A program made the translations under genes and the position numbers. A stretch of DNA of 40,658 nucleotides, taken from the NCBI GenBank assembly GCA_002269645.1, contig NIVC01001702.1, forward strand, positions 1 through 40,658. The letters run 5' to 3'. Origin of the DNA: Macrostomum lignano (Eukaryota). The notes below the pieces were generated by a model that was not told where the DNA came from, did no database searches, and saw only the letters and a list, made by a program, of their open reading frames with translations. Positions 37,901-40,658 of the stretch are shown in pieces. Each line of letters starts with the position of its first letter. The first letter of the stretch is position 1.

Positions 37901-39593
37901 TCGCCTCCCCGCTGCGTCTTCGGACCGCCCTGCAGCTAAATCAAGTAAGTCAAGTCTCCAGGATCACCGACCTGAATCAGGGCGGACCTCCTCTTCGGCA
38001 CCTGGTGCCACTTGTTCAGCAGGCGGATGCCCTGACCCCGGCAACTGGCCGGCGGCTTCAAAATCCACATTGGCGATCCGGAACAGTCCAGATTGGCGTC
38101 CGACGCGGAGCCAGACGAGAACGAGGAAGTGGAAGACACCGAAGACGCGGAGGCCGCCGATATTGAAGTGTCCAAATTCGATGCCACCGCTTCCCAGGCC
38201 TGTCGAAGCGCCAGCAGGTCGTCCGGCAGGCAGTACGTGGCCGGCGCGATGTCGAAAAAATCGCCGTATTTGACGCGAAACCGGCGAAGTCCCTGCCAGA
38301 GTCGATCTTTGCGGCCAAGAGTGAAACTGCCGGGGAAGTGGTTCACCTGCAATAATTTAATTAAATTGCGTTCCCATTCAAAACCGACAATATAGGATCG
38401 GGACGCATTTAGTAAGCAGTTTCTCGAATCGCTGCATTACCTTTTGATATTCTCGAATCGCGCTAAACTCAGCGGGTTTCATGTGCCGACCAAAATAGCC
38501 AAGCCATTCGTCAGATTCTGAAGCGAATGAAGTTTAGGCTAGAATGGCACATGCATACATATGTCTAATGTTTTATCGTTTATTATTCATATTTAATTAT
38601 ATCGAATTCAGTTTCAAAAGCCACTCACCAACACAATCAAACTCATCCCCAGGACCCGTCTCTGAAGTTTGTAAATCAACGTTAAATGTAGCTGCGAATG
38701 TAGAAATCAATGTGGAGGGCGCTAAACCCGCTAGAGTTTATTTCCTGTGCGGCAACAATTTGATTTTGAGCAAGCGGTGCGATTCACGCACAAATGAGGG
38801 CCAATCCACAAAAAGTGGCTTAGCAAGGGTTTTTATTGCAGGGTGGGGGTTTAACTTTGGGGGCACCATTGATTGGTACAGAATCAGAGGCGTCACATTG
38901 GGAAATTCAAGGCCGCTCTTGTGAGTGTGTTGCTTACGTATGCATACAGTATGAATTCGCGTACGTGCTCAGGGGTCAGCAGAATGGACACGACTGCTTG
39001 TCACAAAGGAATTGCTGCTGACTGTGGGTTTTCGGGCAAAAGCTACATGTATATAACTTGCCAGTGAAGCATGGGAAAGATTCGTAGACGAACGGCAAAG
39101 TTGGATGTAAACAAAGCTACATTAGATATACGCGGCGACATACTGGGCAGAAACTTGAATCCACTCCGAGCCACAACGCGCCTGACAACGCCAGGAGTAG
39201 CCGGACTCAGCCGCCACTTCAGCAGCTGGCGTCGGGTCCGTTCCAGCACCGGCGAGCTGGCTGGCTCTAAGAATTCGCCTTCGGCGGCGAAATTCAACGC
39301 CGCAGGTACGCCGGGGAACAGCGATGGCAGCAGGGCGGGCTGACGCTTGCGACGGCTAGCTGCGGTCGGCTTCTTTGTTTTGCTTGCAGTCGTCGAGTTT
39401 TGCCCAGTAGCTGGTGAAGATTTCGGACGTGGCGTCGGCGGTGTTGGCGTCGGCGGTGTTGGCGTCGACGGTCGAGGCGGTTGCCGAGGAACATCGACTG
39501 TTTCTTTCTTGTCGACGTCGCTGTCAGATGCTGAAGACGTTGATGCTGAAGACGAGGACGAGCTTCGCCCTACCGATCGCTGCGTCAATCGAA
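31796..39593 (-). CDS. TTLL4: Tubulin tyrosine ligase-like glutamylase, TTLL4 type, at least 8 exons; 5' end unresolved
   Basis: Exons ~39593-39144, 38517-38441, 38346-37972, 37148-37044, 36690-36337, 34467-34248, 32876-32531, 31916-31796, all phase-consistent GT-AG. Motifs: [83 protein letters not shown]|VNVSPS, LTPRDLR...[11 protein letters not shown]. Confidence 0.92.
31955..32405. repeat. 85-bp tandem repeat, ~5 diverged copies
   Basis: The aaacg anchor ends at 31960, 32045, 32130, 32220, 32305 and 32390; last TTLL4 intron. Confidence 0.9.
32531..32876 (-). CDS. TTLL4: TTLL4 exon (...LTPRDLRCL...[13 protein letters not shown]...)
   Basis: Matches LTPDDVRIL...EFSRRGQFERIFP. Confidence 0.9.
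32887..34170. repeat. 21-bp minisatellite (aaatgagaatcgcctctaccc), ~60 copies
   Basis: Fills most of the TTLL4 intron 32877-34247. Confidence 0.97.
34248..34467 (-). CDS. TTLL4: TTLL4 exon ([18 protein letters not shown]...LAGFRLP)
   Basis: Completes the E-x-N motif across the splice junction. Confidence 0.95.
34920..35922 (+). mobile_element. Decayed coding-like fragment followed by a polypurine tract and TG, possible LTR-retrotransposon remnant
   Basis: Broken reading frames at 34930-35510. aaaaggggaa (35658-35667) is followed by cTGTTTT at 35669, then TATAA, AATAAA and candidate ...AAACA ends. No RT or integrase motif. Confidence 0.35.
35963..36096. mobile_element. 134-bp MITE with 28-bp terminal inverted repeats
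   Basis: aggctcgttcacaccgccatcaaatgag versus the reverse complement of ctcatttgatggcagtgtgaatgagcct (2 mismatches); TA on both flanks. Confidence 0.8.
36337..36690 (-). CDS. TTLL4: TTLL4 exon (GLVRFAS...HLTNYSVNK...FGFDILLD...WLLE)
   Basis: 118 codons of TTL catalytic core; not in the ORF track. Confidence 0.97.
36773..36975. mobile_element. MITE-like foldback element
   Basis: 16-bp inverted termini cattgaaaagtcgcca / tggcgacttttcgatg (15/16); internal ttgagag/ctctcaa stem; no TSD seen. Confidence 0.45.
37044..37148 (-). CDS. TTLL4: TTLL4 exon ([35 protein letters not shown])
   Basis: TTL-domain match; |GTAAGC donor. Confidence 0.95.
37530..37955 (+). mobile_element. 5'-truncated non-LTR retrotransposon 3' end (ORF2 C-terminal zinc knuckle), pseudogenised
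   Basis: Plus frame reads [40 protein letters not shown]...LIRFL, the C-x2-C...H-x4-C tail typical of I/R1/Loa-type ORF2, with an in-frame stop. It is followed by a short 3' UTR and an AAGT/AAGTC tail. Confidence 0.75.
37972..38346 (-). CDS. TTLL4: TTLL4 exon (VNHFPGSF...[11 protein letters not shown]...LIQ)
   Basis: TTL-domain match. Confidence 0.95.
38441..38517 (-). CDS. TTLL4: TTLL4 exon ([25 protein letters not shown])
   Basis: Matches DDWLGCWGHHMK...IREHQK; cttcag| and |GTAATG sites. Confidence 0.95.
39144..39593 (-). CDS. TTLL4: TTLL4 exon, low-complexity N-terminus to [11 protein letters not shown]...FKFLP; acceptor tentative
   Basis: Matches TTLL4 ALIYSLFPNVP...LLRWKMSTVTP; A|GTATGT donor. 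Confidence 0.85.
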
Positions 39594-39736
39594 CTGAGGC
39601 AGTTTGAGCTCGAATTATGTTGACGCTGTTTGTCTTTGATAGCTCGTCTTGCGGTGGTTACTCAAGTTCGAATCTTTAGCTCCGGGGTCAGTAACTGCTG
39701 TGGCGCAACTGTGGACAGAGAACAAATTCGTTTAAG

Positions 39737-39768
<32 letters not shown>
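39737..39768. repeat. (TAA)n tract, possible retroelement 3' tail on the minus strand
   Basis: About 10 units, preceded on the minus strand by a stem-loop. Confidence 0.85.
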
Positions 39769-39769
<1 letters not shown>

Positions 39770-40084
39770 TGATTACACCTGCCCCAATAGGCAGATGTGC
39801 AACCTGTCATGCCGCAGCCCTGCACTCGCTTGTTTTTGCTAAACGGGGTGCCTAGCAGTGTGGGGTGCTCAAGCACTGTACTTAGTTTGTGTACACTGTA
39901 CCCTGGCTTTCCTCCCCCTTTTTTGCCTGTTATGCCTACGCGGCCGCACGTGATTGGTCGAGACCTAAAGCCAAAAAATATATATCGGCGCTCTCGCCCT
40001 ACTTGGAGGGCCAAGCGTTTTCGCACTGCAAAATTGAGACTGACTTCTGAGTCATTACACAACCGACAGCTCAGCTGCAGCTAT

Positions 40085-40317
40085 TGAAGGCTGCGTACGG
40101 GCTGTTCAGTCCAAGGACTGGGGGGGAGGGGGGGGGGTCGGTCGCCACTCACACCCTCAATTACCTCAGCTAATGCTGGCACCCATTTTACAGCTGGGTG
40201 AACTGAAGCAATGCAGAGTTGAGTGTCTTGCTCAAGGACACATGTTCCAGTGGGATCGAGAATTGAACCCCGAGCTTTAAGTCGTGAGTCCAACACTCTT
40301 ACCACTGGGCTACGGAC
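40085..40317 (-). mobile_element. tRNA-derived SINE with CORE-like central domain
   Basis: Minus strand has box A TAGCCCAGTGG (40312-40302) and box B GGTTCAATTCT (40269-40259). These are followed by TGTGTCCTTGAGCAAGACACTCAACTCT...TTCAGTT...CTGTAAAATGGG (40242-40181), close to the MIR/CORE consensus. Confidence 0.8.
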
Positions 40318-40460
40318 AAACACGTCATACAGACGTCTGATTGCTGTACCATGTCGTGAACTTGATTGAGCCAGGTAATCTTTCATTGAAATGAACTTTT
40401 ATTAAGTTGGGGTAGCCAATGTTTATCGATGATTTTATTTTAATTAATGCGTTACACGAC

Positions 40461-40569
40461 CTGCTGTTGTGGACGGCGCAGGGTGCGCGGAGACGATGAG
40501 GCCAGGGGTGAATGACGCTCTACCCCGAGCTGCTTCTGGGGGATGCAACCGCCCCGGTTCTGACTCTGA
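40461..40569 (-). CDS. Candidate upstream TTLL4 exon (SESEPGRLHPPEAARG...STTA)
   Basis: Polypyrimidine acceptor ccctccccag| and phase-1 donor G|GTCGTG compatible with the acceptor at 39593; no homology support. Confidence 0.3.
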
Positions 40570-40658
40570 CTGGGGAGGGAGGGGGTTGGATTTTTAGATG
40601 TGTGGCTGACCCCCCTCTCTGTGGCCGGCGCGAGGTGTATTTTGTTGTTGTTTTATTT

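Noticed and set aside
40250-40317. Possible tRNA-Val(CAC) gene
   Set aside because: No proper acceptor stem, and it runs into a CORE-like domain, so it is a SINE head.

Overview
This is eukaryotic DNA. GC-rich Ala/Arg/Gln-rich exons in introns packed with 12-37 bp minisatellites and (GATA)/(GACA) tracts suggest a Macrostomum-like flatworm (inference only). Two multi-exon minus-strand genes could be rebuilt by hand with consistent GT-AG sites and phases. The first is an UNC-13/Munc13 homolog: 16 exons at ~24155-8601, ~1648 aa, with C1, C2B, MUN (MHD1/MHD2) and C2C domains and no C2A found. The second is a TTLL4-type tubulin glutamylase: at least 8 exons at ~39593-31796, 5' end unresolved. Between them is an intronless 335-aa ORF for a probably secreted Cys-rich protein. 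An orphan plus-strand exon/ORF (6625-7236) converges on the unc-13 3' end. More than 20 tandem arrays are present, plus a tRNA-headed CORE-like SINE, a non-LTR retrotransposon 3' fragment, a 134-bp MITE and a decayed LTR-like fragment. I found no CRISPR array, rRNA or functional tRNA, and no convincing new multi-gene system. The best leads are a 14-bp core shared by two distant minisatellites, a CaM-site-like unc-13 microexon, the uncharacterised secreted protein and the CORE-like SINE.
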